This document shows, piece by piece, positions 1-9,628 of a DNA stretch of 64,000 bases. Each line of letters opens with the position of its first letter. Position 1 is the first letter of the stretch. Location of the stretch: assembly GCA_001771135.1 (NCBI GenBank), contig MESW01000008.1:2373-66372 (forward strand). The letters run 5' to 3'. A program made the translations under genes and the position numbers. Below the pieces are notes generated by a model, which did no database searches, was not told the DNA's origin, and worked only from the letters and a program-made list of their open reading frames with translations. This stretch comes from a candidate division CPR3 bacterium GWF2_35_18. Lineage in GTDB: Bacteria; Patescibacteriota; CPR3; GWF2-35-18.

Positions 1-1
1 T

Positions 2-136
2 ATTGTAGCTTATGGTGAAACTGTTGAAGAGGTGATTAGTCATGTAAAAGTTGAAGGTAAAACAATAAAAGATAAGCTTCCAGATCCGCGAGAAGTTCCA
101 ACCGCGATGAAACTTCCAGAGAATAAAAAGATTTAA
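2..136 (+). CDS. 3' end of a small protein, DUF5678-like (partial, runs off the window)
   Basis: Frame 2 is open: IVAYGETVEEVISHVKVEG...KKI*, TAA at 134-136. IVAxGxTxEEV resembles DUF5678, a family often paired with retropepsins. Confidence 0.5.
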   Translation: MVAYGETVEEVISHVKVEGKTIKDKLPDPREVPTAMKLPENKKI

Positions 137-139
137 ACT

Positions 140-571
140 ATGTGTTTTCATTTCAAAAAAGATACCAGTAATAAAGAGTTTATTTTTTCATACCAATTTT
201 ATCGTGGTTGGTATTTTCCGATTATCAAATTTTATATTGCCAAAGACCAAAAGAGTAACCCCATTGCAATATCGGCTTTAGTTGATTCCGGGGCGAATTT
301 GTCGATATTCAATAAAGAAACAGCCGAAGTTTTAGGTCTCACTATGTCATCGGGAAGAAGACGAAGTTTTTCCGGAGTTTCAGGTAATAGTTATGGATAT
401 GAACATCAGATTTACTTTGATGTTCTAGGTCTGAAATTCAATGATGAGGTAATATTTTCCTCAAACATGGGGGCGTACTTTAATCTAGTAGGAAGAGAGT
501 CATTTTTCAATCAATTTGGAAGAATTTGTTTTGATGAAAATAACAAGCAGACAATTTTAGTAAAAAGATAA
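140..571 (+). CDS. Retropepsin-like (clan AA) aspartic protease
   Basis: Catalytic ALVDSGA motif and C-terminal LVGRESFF motif; single domain of 143 aa. Confidence 0.75.
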   Translation: MCFHFKKDTSNKEFIFSYQFYRGWYFPIIKFYIAKDQKSNPIAISALVDSGANLSIFNKETAEVLGLTMSSGRRRSFSGVSGNSYGYEHQIYFDVLGLKFNDEVIFSSNMGAYFNLVGRESFFNQFGRICFDENNKQTILVKR

Positions 572-583
572 ACTTTAACATTT

Positions 584-1909
584 TTACCCTTTCAATTTTC
601 TAATTAATGCAGATAATTTAACTTTTTCCTGTTTTTTCTGCTGCATCCATTTGATTACTACTTCGTTTTTAGTAATTTCTTCCGGACCTAAAATTAACAC
701 GACTGGAATTACCTTACGATCTGCTAATTTCAGCTGCTTATCGAGTTTGACTCCTGGTTCAGGATATAAAAAGGTGTTAATTCCTGTTTCTCTAAGCTCA
801 TTTGCCAGTTTTATGGAGTCATTTTTAGTTTTTTCATTAAAAATAGTTACCAGAACTTGAGTACTGTTCTGCAGAAAATCAACCATTTGACGTTCTTTTA
901 GAACGATCATCATACGTTCAATTCCAAAAGAGCCACCGGTTGCGGGAATTATTTCATCTGTTCCCAAATACTTGCTAATGACATTATCATATCGACCGCA
1001 GCCAGCTACTGATCCGACATTACCTTCAGTGATTTCAAATTCCCACACCGGGCCGGTATAATGAGCCAGTCCTCGAGCAATTGTGGGATCAAAGCGATAA
1101 TATTTAGAATTTACTTTATTTGCCTCAAGGTAATTTAAAATTTCCTCAACTTCATCCAAAGCCTCACTAACCTTTTTGTTTTCCGAAAATTGCTTGCGGA
1201 AAGCTTTAATTTTTTCTTCATTTGTTCCGGATTGTTCAATTATTTTTACAATTTTTGTGGCAACCTCTTTGCTTAGATTTTCTTTGTTCATCAATCTTTC
1301 AATCACGCCATCTCTTCCAATTTTCCGGATATTATCGATCGTCATACAAACTCCGTAAAATTTATTTTCTGGAATTTGGTATTCAGAAAGCATGCCATCT
1401 AGTAATTTGCGATTCGATATTTGGGCGTAAAATTCCCTAAAACCGAAATTATTTAGAATTTCAATTCCCATCTGTATAAATTCCGCATCAGCAATCATAG
1501 ATGATGTACCAATTGTATCGGCATCACACTGCGTAAATTCACGAAGTCTACCCTTCTGAACATTTTCCGCGCGCCAAACTCTCTGAATTTGATAGCGTTT
1601 AAAGGGAAAGGTAAGTTGATTTTTGTATTGCGCAATTACCCGGCACATCGGAACCATGACTTCGTACCGCATCACAACATCGCGACCACCGTTATCGGTA
1701 AAACGGTAAAAAAGCTTTTCAGCCTCTTCGCCGGAAATACCAAATAGGGTTTCTGCATACTCTAAAGCCGGTGTTTCAAGTGGTTCGTATCCGTATTTTT
1801 CAAATACTTTTTTAAAGGTATTGATCACATATTCACGTAAGCGCATATCATCAGGTAAGAAGTCCTGAAAACCTTTTAAAGTTTGTAATTGTCGTTCTTG
1901 ATTACTCAT
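584..1909 (-). CDS. hisS: Histidine--tRNA ligase
   Basis: KGFQDFLP, GRLREFTQCDAD, RGLAHYTG, GCGRYD and GGSFGIER motifs; C-terminal anticodon-binding domain. Confidence 0.97.
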   Translation of the reverse strand: MSNQERQLQTLKGFQDFLPDDMRLREYVINTFKKVFEKYGYEPLETPALEYAETLFGISGEEAEKLFYRFTDNGGRDVVMRYEVMVPMCRVIAQYKNQLTFPFKRYQIQRVWRAENVQKGRLREFTQCDADTIGTSSMIADAEFIQMGIEILNNFGFREFYAQISNRKLLDGMLSEYQIPENKFYGVCMTIDNIRKIGRDGVIERLMNKENLSKEVATKIVKIIEQSGTNEEKIKAFRKQFSENKKVSEALDEVEEILNYLEANKVNSKYYRFDPTIARGLAHYTGPVWEFEITEGNVGSVAGCGRYDNVISKYLGTDEIIPATGGSFGIERMMIVLKERQMVDFLQNSTQVLVTIFNEKTKNDSIKLANELRETGINTFLYPEPGVKLDKQLKLADRKVIPVVLILGPEEITKNEVVIKWMQQKKQEKVKLSALIRKLKG

Positions 1910-2212
1910 TATTAATCCTTTCGAAGATCTACTGTTTTATATATCACCCATAGACAGGAATTTACCATAGTAGATTCATTTTATCATTAAAGCATAAAAA
2001 CATAAAAGTATAGAAGCAATTTAATCATAACGAATTATTTATATATTCTTGTATTTTTGATCATTTTTCATTAACATATTCTTGGGCAGGGTTTTTGTTG
2101 CTCTAGTTTTTATTAATTAGAGATGACAATATATTCCATTTTCGGAATATTTTGAGGGCTTAGCTTAACCCTAAAGTTCTCAAAACCTTGCCTCTTTTTT
2201 GTTAAGACAGAG

Positions 2213-2270
2213 GAGGGGAACCACTTTCACAACGAAAGTTGTGTGGACACAAATGGTCCCCCTCTTTTTC
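2213..2270. terminator. GC-rich branched hairpin downstream of the GNAT gene
   Basis: Outer stem GAGGGGAACCA/TGGTCCCCCTC encloses CACAAC-GAAA-GTTGTG; T-rich tail on the + strand. Confidence 0.5.
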
Positions 2271-2282
2271 TTTCTCCTTTCT

Positions 2283-3050
2283 TTAATGTTCCCAACCGCC
2301 ACCAATTGGGATTATTAGGTTTTTCTGTTGCAAAGTCTTTGGAGTAGCAGAGTCGTTATGCATGGTTACTCGTTCATAATATAGACCTGTAACATCGGTG
2401 CTCCAGTAACCTCGATGTTCATAAGTCGGATCAGTAATGAAAAAGTCTCTCTGAAACCCAAGTTTTTCGTAAAGCCTTACGGCGTTAGAAGCTCGTTCAT
2501 CAGTACGGAGAAATACTTTATTGATACAGCACGAGCTGAAATGACACAGAACTTCCAAAGTCAAAGCTTCTGCAATTCCTTGTCTTCGAAAATCGCTTCG
2601 GACACCGACCTCGTCAATATACCCAACTTTGCCAGCATACATTGGGATATGGATTTGAGTATTGATTAAAGATGATCCTATAGGAATAGTTAGCTCCAGA
2701 TCAGGAATGATAATCTGGATGTTAATGGTAACGGGATATCCCCAGGTAAAACCCAAAATCTGGTTATTTTTGCAGGCTAAAAATCCTTTAGCAAAAGGTT
2801 TTCCTAATTGGGTTTTGATATCATTCTCGACAGTAGAAACATCCCAAAAGGGAATTAATTCCTTGCCACAGTAAGGACAGGATTTTCCTTTGAATGAAAT
2901 GCCGAAGTTATTTTTATCGGTGGGGCATTGGGGGCATTTTTTCCATTCATTCCAGGGTTCGTCAGCCCAGATACGTCCACGAGCGTAACATTGAGCCAAT
3001 GGAGTCAAGTCTTCCCAAGTGAATGGACGGATTGTGATATTGGGGTTCAT
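2283..3050 (-). CDS. GNAT-family acetyltransferase with a Zn-ribbon insertion
   Basis: Motif A VRSDFRRQGIA, motif B AVRLYEKLGF, CPQC...CPYC; SD AAGGAG upstream. Confidence 0.8.
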   Translation of the reverse strand: MNPNITIRPFTWEDLTPLAQCYARGRIWADEPWNEWKKCPQCPTDKNNFGISFKGKSCPYCGKELIPFWDVSTVENDIKTQLGKPFAKGFLACKNNQILGFTWGYPVTINIQIIIPDLELTIPIGSSLINTQIHIPMYAGKVGYIDEVGVRSDFRRQGIAEALTLEVLCHFSSCCINKVFLRTDERASNAVRLYEKLGFQRDFFITDPTYEHRGYWSTDVTGLYYERVTMHNDSATPKTLQQKNLIIPIGGGWEH

Positions 3051-3217
3051 TTTTAGTCTCCTTAACTATTAAACATTGAATGGGTTTAGGTATTGAATAA
3101 GAATGTTGGCGTGAAGTTATTCTTTCATCAGAACTCCTTCCTCGATTAGCTCGAGGTAATATGGGGAATGTAAGGTGCGAGAGTTTCTCCTTAATTTGGG
3201 AGAAGACTGGAAGAAAT

Positions 3218-4348
3218 CTAATTTCTTCCAGAGCTTTTCCTATTAAGAATTACGGCTTTGAAAACTTCTTTAGTCTTTTCCAAACTTTTAATATCAAGGT
3301 ATTCATTATTAGAGTGAGCAGTATCTTTATTACCAGGACCAAAGTTAATCGCTGGACATTTCCAATTATTGGAAATAATTGCTGATTCATAAAAACCTCC
3401 GTTTCCCAAATTTTGTCGATACTTTGGAATCAATCCAGTTTTAGAAATTGCTTTTTCTAATTTGTTTAGTCTTTTTCTATCGTTAAAATAAGGTTTTAAA
3501 TCAATATTGGTCTTTTCATTCTGAATTTTTAAATTTAGTTTTTTCGCCAAAGCTTTAATAATTTGTAAAACTTTTTTTGCCTCAAGGTTTGGATTTGCCG
3601 GTCGGATATCCAATAAAACTTTGGCAATATCGGGAACCACATTTCCTTGAATAATAATTTGATCGTTTTGTCTTTTTCCTCCTTGTAGAGCACTTAAATT
3701 AACTGTGGTTGATCTAAGTTCGGAGTAATCATTCCTTTGAAGTTCAACTTGTAGATTGAAAATCAAAGAGATAGTTTGTTCGATAGCATTAATTCCTAGA
3801 CTTGGTCTACCGGCATGAGCGGATTTTCCCAAAACTTCAAATTCAATTTCAATCACACCACGACAGCCATTCACAATTTCTAGATCCGTGGGTTCGGGAC
3901 AGATGACTAGCTCCGGTTTGAGTTTTAGTTTTGCTAAGATCTTTTCTATGCCTTTAAAATAATATTCTTCGTCACAATCAAAAATTAAAGCTAAATTATC
4001 CGTTGGGCCTATTTCCTCACAGGTTTTAATTACTGCGGCAAGACCACCTTTCATGTCGCAAGCCCCCAGTCCATAAAGTTTTCCATTTGTACTTTTTGGT
4101 TTCATTTGTGAATTATTTTTTGGTAAAACAGTATCAAGGTGGGAGAGAAAGATAAGTTTTGGATTATTACTATCTGTCGCAATCAGGTTATATCTTGGTC
4201 CTTCCACTATCTGTTTTTCTAGCTTAAACCACGGTAAATTCTGACGAAAATATTCATATAAAAAATCAGCTAGCCGTTTCTCATTACTTTTTTCATCCAC
4301 AAAAGAGGGAATAGAAATTAGTTTTTCTGTAAGTTTTAGTAAATTCAT
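3218..4348 (-). CDS. M20 family ArgE/DapE-like metallo-amidohydrolase
   Basis: SHLDTV, GLGACDMKGG, DEE, EPT and C-terminal AH metal ligands. Start moved to ATG 4348, which follows the SD GAAAGGA. Confidence 0.85.
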   Translation of the reverse strand: MNLLKLTEKLISIPSFVDEKSNEKRLADFLYEYFRQNLPWFKLEKQIVEGPRYNLIATDSNNPKLIFLSHLDTVLPKNNSQMKPKSTNGKLYGLGACDMKGGLAAVIKTCEEIGPTDNLALIFDCDEEYYFKGIEKILAKLKLKPELVICPEPTDLEIVNGCRGVIEIEFEVLGKSAHAGRPSLGINAIEQTISLIFNLQVELQRNDYSELRSTTVNLSALQGGKRQNDQIIIQGNVVPDIAKVLLDIRPANPNLEAKKVLQIIKALAKKLNLKIQNEKTNIDLKPYFNDRKRLNKLEKAISKTGLIPKYRQNLGNGGFYESAIISNNWKCPAINFGPGNKDTAHSNNEYLDIKSLEKTKEVFKAVILNRKSSGRN

Positions 4349-4373
4349 ATTTTTCCTTTCAAAAATTAAACAC

Positions 4374-4400
4374 AAAAAAACGGTCGCTTTCGCGCCGTTT
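4374..4400 (-). terminator. Intrinsic terminator (attenuator) directly upstream of the M20 gene
   Basis: Minus strand AAACGG-CGC-GAAA-GCG-A-CCGTTTTTTT: GC stem, GNRA loop, U-tract. Confidence 0.75.
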
Positions 4401-4450
4401 CTATACGTTTCGTTTTCAGTTAAAGATTAAATTAACTTTACGAAACTGAT

Positions 4451-4573
4451 TTATTTATGATGATGGAAATTAGAAACAATAATTGAAATGTAAAATTTAA
4501 GTAACAAATAAGAAACCTTCTTTTCAAGGTCTATAAATTCATATGTAGATAGTGTTTTTAGTTCTTTTGTCAT
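4451..4573 (-). CDS. Putative 40-aa leader peptide ending in His-His-His-Lys
   Basis: MTKELKTLSTYEFIDLEKKVSYLLLKFYISIIVSNFHHHK*. ATGA overlap with the YerC stop; followed by hairpins and a terminator. Confidence 0.5.
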   Translation of the reverse strand: MTKELKTLSTYEFIDLEKKVSYLLLKFYISIIVSNFHHHK

Positions 4574-4854
4574 TTCTTTTTAATTCGGCTTAAAGCAGTT
4601 TTATAACCGTTTTTACCGTTATTTAACCATTCATTGACACGAGTAACTGTTGTTGTTGAAGTCTTTACTTCTTTTGCAATTTCAATATAGGACATTTTTT
4701 TTTCAGCCAAAAGTTGAGCAATCCTCCATCTTTTACTGAATTCCTTGATTTCGGCTGAGGTCATCAAATCGCGGCAGAAAGATGCAATTTCCCCTTCATT
4801 TTTTAAAGTTTTAAAAGCTTGAAAAAGGCTTTTTTCTTCATTTGTCCAATGCAT
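4570..4854 (-). CDS. TrpR-related YerC/YecD (HisR-like) repressor
   Basis: FCRDLMTSAEIKEFSKRWRIAQLL...SYIEIAKEVKTSTTTVTRVNEWL..GKNGY matches the YerC/YecD pattern. Confidence 0.9.
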   Translation of the reverse strand: MHWTNEEKSLFQAFKTLKNEGEIASFCRDLMTSAEIKEFSKRWRIAQLLAEKKMSYIEIAKEVKTSTTTVTRVNEWLNNGKNGYKTALSRIKKK

Positions 4855-4883
4855 ATAGGTTTAGTAATATTCTTTTTATTAAC

Positions 4884-4925
4884 GTATTAGCATGTTAATA
4901 TATACTAATCTTGTATAATTGTCAA
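4884..4925 (-). promoter_or_regulatory. Sigma70 promoter of yerC with an overlapping palindromic operator
   Basis: TTGACA (4925-4920), 17-nt spacer, TATATT (4902-4897); dyad GTATTAGCATGTTAATAT at 4884-4901. Confidence 0.65.
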
Positions 4926-5050
4926 TTAGCTATTAGAGATTAAGTAATCCCTATCTCCCCAAAATAATAAGCGATAAAAATAAGCATTTATATGTATCTT
5001 ACCTGTTTGCAAATTTTTTGTTAAGAGGTTAGAATGACTGCAAGTATTTT

Positions 5051-5482
5051 ATGATTAATATTGTATTAATAAATATGTTAAAACCAGCAAAAACTAAAAT
5101 TGAATTGACTCAGAAAGATCTGAAGCATCTTTTCAAATTGGTGATCTTGGAGAAGATGATTTTAGAATCGCTCGAAAATAGTCATAATCCCGAAAATATA
5201 TCTTTGTATCAAAGATTAAAAACCTATTTTTCAACTAAAACAGAGAATTTGTTGTCTAAGGAAATTGCTCAATTTTTAGAAGAATATATATCTTATGAAG
5301 ACGCACAAGAGGTGGATATGATTATTGAAGAAGAAAAGGAAACGATTTTAAAAGTTTTGAAAGAGACTGAGAAAAAAGGTGTTAATCTCAATGTAGAAGA
5401 TCTTTTTAATCAGGTTAATCAGAAATTAAACGAATCTGGGATTATCCGAGTTCCTTTCTCAAAAAAGAAACAGAATGATTAA
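5051..5482 (+). CDS. Hypothetical helical protein
   Basis: 143-aa ORF of typical composition; no recognised motif. Confidence 0.6.
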   Translation: MINIVLINMLKPAKTKIELTQKDLKHLFKLVILEKMILESLENSHNPENISLYQRLKTYFSTKTENLLSKEIAQFLEEYISYEDAQEVDMIIEEEKETILKVLKETEKKGVNLNVEDLFNQVNQKLNESGIIRVPFSKKKQND

Positions 5483-6573
5483 ATAATCATAATTTTTTTA
5501 GGGCTTTTAGTTAGAACCTCCAGTTTTCCATTTTTCATCATCACCGTATCTTCAATACGTATTCCAAAATTATTTTGTAAATAGATTGCTGGCTCAACTG
5601 TAAAAACCATATTATTTTCAATTATATCTGTCGTGAACATTCCTAAAGAAGGTTTTTCATGAATCTCTAGGCCAACCCCGTGACCAAGGTTATGTGAATA
5701 TTGTTCACTCTCTTTTTTAAACCCATGTTTATTCATGACTTTTCGAGTTTCTCTGTCTATATTGGCACTGGAGATGTTTAAGCTTATCGTTTTTATAGCG
5801 TTTTTTTGTGCTTCCAAAACTGCAGTATAGACTTTTGACTGAATAGAAGAGGGGGTGTCGGTAAAAAAGATTCGGGTAATGTCACTAATATATCCGTTTA
5901 CTTTCGCTCCCATATCGATCATGATAAGATCACCTTTTTTGGTTTTTCTATGAGTCGGAGTGTGGTGAGGATTAGCGCTATTTTCAGAGATAGCTACAAT
6001 AATGGGTCTCCAAGCGATATCATCAGCTCTTTCCGTTCTGATAAAATGTTCAATTTTAAAAGAGATCTCTTTTTCGGTTAATCCTAGTTTGAGTTCATTT
6101 TTCAAGAAATTCCAAGCTTTATCAGTAACCGCCACAGCTTTTTTAATATTTTGAATCTCCATAGAATCTTTATAAAGACGCAGATCTTCGATCAAAGAAT
6201 CACTGGGAATAAAATTGATATGAGGGTTTTTTCCAATAAGGTAATGATATATCTTTACGGTCAAAAAACTAGTTTCAACACCTAATTTAGAGCCTTTTTT
6301 CATAAATTTCTGAAGGTAGTTACTAAGGGAATTAATCGGTGTAAGTTCATAAACTTCGAGATCTTTAATCTTCTTTTTTGCCGCATGATAGTAGAGTGAA
6401 TTTGTAAAGAGAAAGGCTCTATTTTTGAGAATCAAAATCCAAGCTTCATGTTCAGTTGGTGATAGACCAGTAAATCCTGAAAGATAAGTAATATTATACG
6501 GATTAGAAACCAAAATTCCATCTAATTCAGAACTTTCTAGTTTATTTTTTAGTTTTTCAATTCGCTGTTTCAT
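5479..6573 (-). CDS. Xaa-Pro aminopeptidase/dipeptidase (M24B)
   Basis: Creatinase-like N-domain; DMGAKVNGYISDITR, HNLGHGVGLEIHE, TVEPAIY and GIRIED motifs. Confidence 0.93.
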   Translation of the reverse strand: MKQRIEKLKNKLESSELDGILVSNPYNITYLSGFTGLSPTEHEAWILILKNRAFLFTNSLYYHAAKKKIKDLEVYELTPINSLSNYLQKFMKKGSKLGVETSFLTVKIYHYLIGKNPHINFIPSDSLIEDLRLYKDSMEIQNIKKAVAVTDKAWNFLKNELKLGLTEKEISFKIEHFIRTERADDIAWRPIIVAISENSANPHHTPTHRKTKKGDLIMIDMGAKVNGYISDITRIFFTDTPSSIQSKVYTAVLEAQKNAIKTISLNISSANIDRETRKVMNKHGFKKESEQYSHNLGHGVGLEIHEKPSLGMFTTDIIENNMVFTVEPAIYLQNNFGIRIEDTVMMKNGKLEVLTKSPKKIMII

Positions 6574-6757
6574 TCTTGCTTAATTAAATTTTTATCTCTA
6601 GTTTGATTTTAACAGATTGAAAAAGTTCGGCAATAAAATAAACTTAAATCAAATGAAGTTAAATATATCGGTTTTCAGGTCACAACTAATATGATAAAAT
6701 GTAAATCCACAGTAAAGAAATATTAAGCCTTTCATTAATCTAAGGAGTTTAAACAGT

Positions 6758-7408
6758 ATGGAGATTCGTTATTTCGGTCATTCCTCTTTTCTAATACAAA
6801 CCAAGTCGGTAAACATTGTTTGCGATCCATATGGAGCTGATTTGGGTTTAAAGTTTCCCTCTGGAGTAAAAGCGGATATTGTGACTATTTCTCATGACCA
6901 TTACGATCACAATAATCTTAAAGATATTTCCGGAAATCCGTATATTATTAAAGAACCAGGAGAATTTGAGATCAAAGGCGTGAATATTTTTGGGGTTTCT
7001 TCTTTTCATGATAATAACGAGGGAAAAGATCACGGAATGAATACGATGTTTTTGATTGAGGTAGAAGGGGTGACTATTTGTCACCTAGGAGATTTGGGAC
7101 AAGCTCTTTCTACTAACCAGATTAATGAACTTGATGGAGTCGATGTTTTGCTTATTCCGGTCGGTGGAACTTATACATTGAATGCTAAAGAAGCTGAAGA
7201 AGTTATTCTGCAGATTGAACCAAAGATAGTCATTCCCATGCACTATGGCGTTCCAGGATTAAAAGAAAATTTGAGCCCTGTGGCTGATTTTCTAAAAGAA
7301 ATGGGTAAAGAAAATATTGAAGTTCAAAACAAATTAACGATTAAAAGCAGTTTAGATCTTTCTGAAGAAACCCAAATTGTGGTTTTAGAAAGATCCTCTA
7401 AATTCTGA
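6758..7408 (+). CDS. MBL-fold metallo-hydrolase
   Basis: GHSSF, TISHDHYDH, HLGDLG and IPMHY motifs. Confidence 0.9.
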   Translation: MEIRYFGHSSFLIQTKSVNIVCDPYGADLGLKFPSGVKADIVTISHDHYDHNNLKDISGNPYIIKEPGEFEIKGVNIFGVSSFHDNNEGKDHGMNTMFLIEVEGVTICHLGDLGQALSTNQINELDGVDVLLIPVGGTYTLNAKEAEEVILQIEPKIVIPMHYGVPGLKENLSPVADFLKEMGKENIEVQNKLTIKSSLDLSEETQIVVLERSSKF

Positions 7409-7428
7409 ATTAATTAGTATTTATATTA

Positions 7429-8742
7429 ATGTCTGATCCCAAAATACCTCCTCAAAATTTAGAAGCAGAAGAGTCGGTTTTAGGCGCGCTTCTTATTGAT
7501 AAGGATGCGATTATCAAAGTTGCCGATATGCTTCTTCCAGAGCATTTTTATAATGATGCGAACGGTTTAATCTATGAATCGATTTTAAATCTATATGAAA
7601 AAAGACAATCTGCGGATATTGTGACAGTTGCGAATGATTTAAAAGAGAAAAAGTTGCTTAAAAAAGTAGGTGGTAATTCTTACTTAAGTAAACTAGTCGA
7701 CAGAGTTCCCACTTCAGGTCATATCAAACATTACGCGGATATTGTCAAAGAACAATACGTTCGGAGATCTTTACTTCTTATGTCAGCTAATCTTTCCGAG
7801 ATGTGCTTTGACGGCAGAATAGAGCTACCAAAACTCTTGGACAAGGCGGAACAGAATATCTTCGGACTATCCCAACAGAATCTAAAACAGGATTTTGTGC
7901 CGGTTAAAAGTATTTTAGCGGATTCTTTCGACAGACTGGATGAACTACATCGCACAAAAGACTCTTTGAGAGGTATTCCAACTGGTTTTAAATCTCTTGA
8001 TAACAGACTCGCGGGATTACAAAAGTCAAACATGATTATTCTGGCAGCACGTCCCTCTCAAGGTAAAACCTCTTTAGCTCTAAATATTGCTCAGCATGTG
8101 GCTGTAAAAGAGAAAATTCCGGTTGGTTTTTTTTCACTAGAAACTTCTAAGGATCAACTTGTTGATCGACTTCTTTCAGCTCAGGCTAATGTCGATGCCT
8201 GGAGAATTATGACCGGAAGACTTGAAGAGGAAGATTTCTCTAAACTGGGTGAAGCGATGGGAGAGCTTGCGGAAGCACCTCTTTTTATTGATGATACTCC
8301 CGGACTTAGTATTATGGAAATTCGTACTAAAGCTCGTAAACTCCAAATGGATAAAGGGGTGAAACTACTTCTTTTGGACTATCTCCAGCTGGTTCGCGGA
8401 CCAAAATCAGAAAGTAGGGTAGTTGAAGTTTCTCAAATTTCACAAGGACTTAAGAATATCGCCAGAGAACTCAATATTCCTTTTGTGGTTTTGTCACAGT
8501 TATCACGTGCTATCGAGCAAAGATCTGATCGCAAGCCGCAGCTATCTGATCTACGTGAATCGGGATCAATTGAACAGGACGCTGACGTTGTAATGTTTAT
8601 TCATCGTCCTGATGATGAAAATAAAGAACAGGTTTCCTTAGTAATTGCAAAACATCGTAACGGTCCTACTGGTCAAGTCGACATGGTTTTTAAAGGTGAA
8701 AGAACGAAGTTTTTCGAAGTTGAAAAACAAAGAGAAGAGTAA
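7429..8742 (+). CDS. dnaB: Replicative DNA helicase
   Basis: PPQNLEAE, AARPSQGKT, DYLQL, LSQLSR, DLRESGSIEQDAD and AKHRNGPTG motifs. Confidence 0.98.
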   Translation: MSDPKIPPQNLEAEESVLGALLIDKDAIIKVADMLLPEHFYNDANGLIYESILNLYEKRQSADIVTVANDLKEKKLLKKVGGNSYLSKLVDRVPTSGHIKHYADIVKEQYVRRSLLLMSANLSEMCFDGRIELPKLLDKAEQNIFGLSQQNLKQDFVPVKSILADSFDRLDELHRTKDSLRGIPTGFKSLDNRLAGLQKSNMIILAARPSQGKTSLALNIAQHVAVKEKIPVGFFSLETSKDQLVDRLLSAQANVDAWRIMTGRLEEEDFSKLGEAMGELAEAPLFIDDTPGLSIMEIRTKARKLQMDKGVKLLLLDYLQLVRGPKSESRVVEVSQISQGLKNIARELNIPFVVLSQLSRAIEQRSDRKPQLSDLRESGSIEQDADVVMFIHRPDDENKEQVSLVIAKHRNGPTGQVDMVFKGERTKFFEVEKQREE

Positions 8743-8746
8743 TTAT

Positions 8747-9619
8747 TTAGTTAAAATTACTTTCGAAGCTAATTCCAGTTGTATCTTCACTTTTTCCCTC
8801 TTCCCATTTGTCTTTTTCTTTTGTAGTTTGATATAGATAATTTCTGACTTTTTGAATTTTTGTTTGAGTTGGTTCTTTACTGATCATTCCTGGACCGCCA
8901 ATACAACCGCCGGGACAAGAGAGACAATCAAAAAAACGAAATTTCTGGCTTTCTGTACCAAAATTACTTAAGATTTTTAGTTCATTTTGCAATCCATTTA
9001 CTATTTTGATTTTATCTTTACAACCTAAATCGTCTGCTGGCATTGATTCTGTCATTCCGCCATCTAGGGGATAGATCTTGGTGGCTTCCGTAGATAGAGA
9101 ATCAAACTTTTCTTCCAGATTACTTTCTATATTCCGCAAATTTTTATTATTCAGGTATTGCTGTAATTCGGAGAAAGTGATGACGATGTCGATGACTTGG
9201 GGGAATTTTTTTGCCTCCAGTTTTTTGGTTAAACACGGACCGATAAACACAACTTTATAACCAGGGAAATGAGTTTTTAAGACTTTTCCCATAGCCACCA
9301 TTGGGGAAACAAAAGGCATTAAATTTTCTTTATATTGTGGGTATTTATTTTCAACTAAAGCCACCAGAGTGGGGCAGGGAGAAGATATATATGATTTACT
9401 TTGATTTTTGCTTAGGAATTCCTTGTAACACTCGTTAACAATTTTGGCCCCAAAGGTTGTTTCGACGATTTTATCAAAACCAAGATGACGTAGAATAGTG
9501 ATGATTTTTGGATATTCAAAATCAACGACAAAAGAAGGCGCGAGCATGGCAATCTTTTTTTCTGTTGAAGATAGTAAATGGTCTAATTTTTGGATATCAG
9601 GTGAGATAGGTGTGGGCAT
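8747..9619 (-). CDS. Minimal [FeFe]-hydrogenase-like H-cluster domain protein
   Basis: L1 SSPCP, L2 GPCLTKKLE, L3 DCLSCPGGCIGG; 290 aa with no ferredoxin domains. Confidence 0.8.
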   Translation of the reverse strand: MPTPISPDIQKLDHLLSSTEKKIAMLAPSFVVDFEYPKIITILRHLGFDKIVETTFGAKIVNECYKEFLSKNQSKSYISSPCPTLVALVENKYPQYKENLMPFVSPMVAMGKVLKTHFPGYKVVFIGPCLTKKLEAKKFPQVIDIVITFSELQQYLNNKNLRNIESNLEEKFDSLSTEATKIYPLDGGMTESMPADDLGCKDKIKIVNGLQNELKILSNFGTESQKFRFFDCLSCPGGCIGGPGMISKEPTQTKIQKVRNYLYQTTKEKDKWEEGKSEDTTGISFESNFN

Positions 9620-9628
9620 ATTAAGGTT

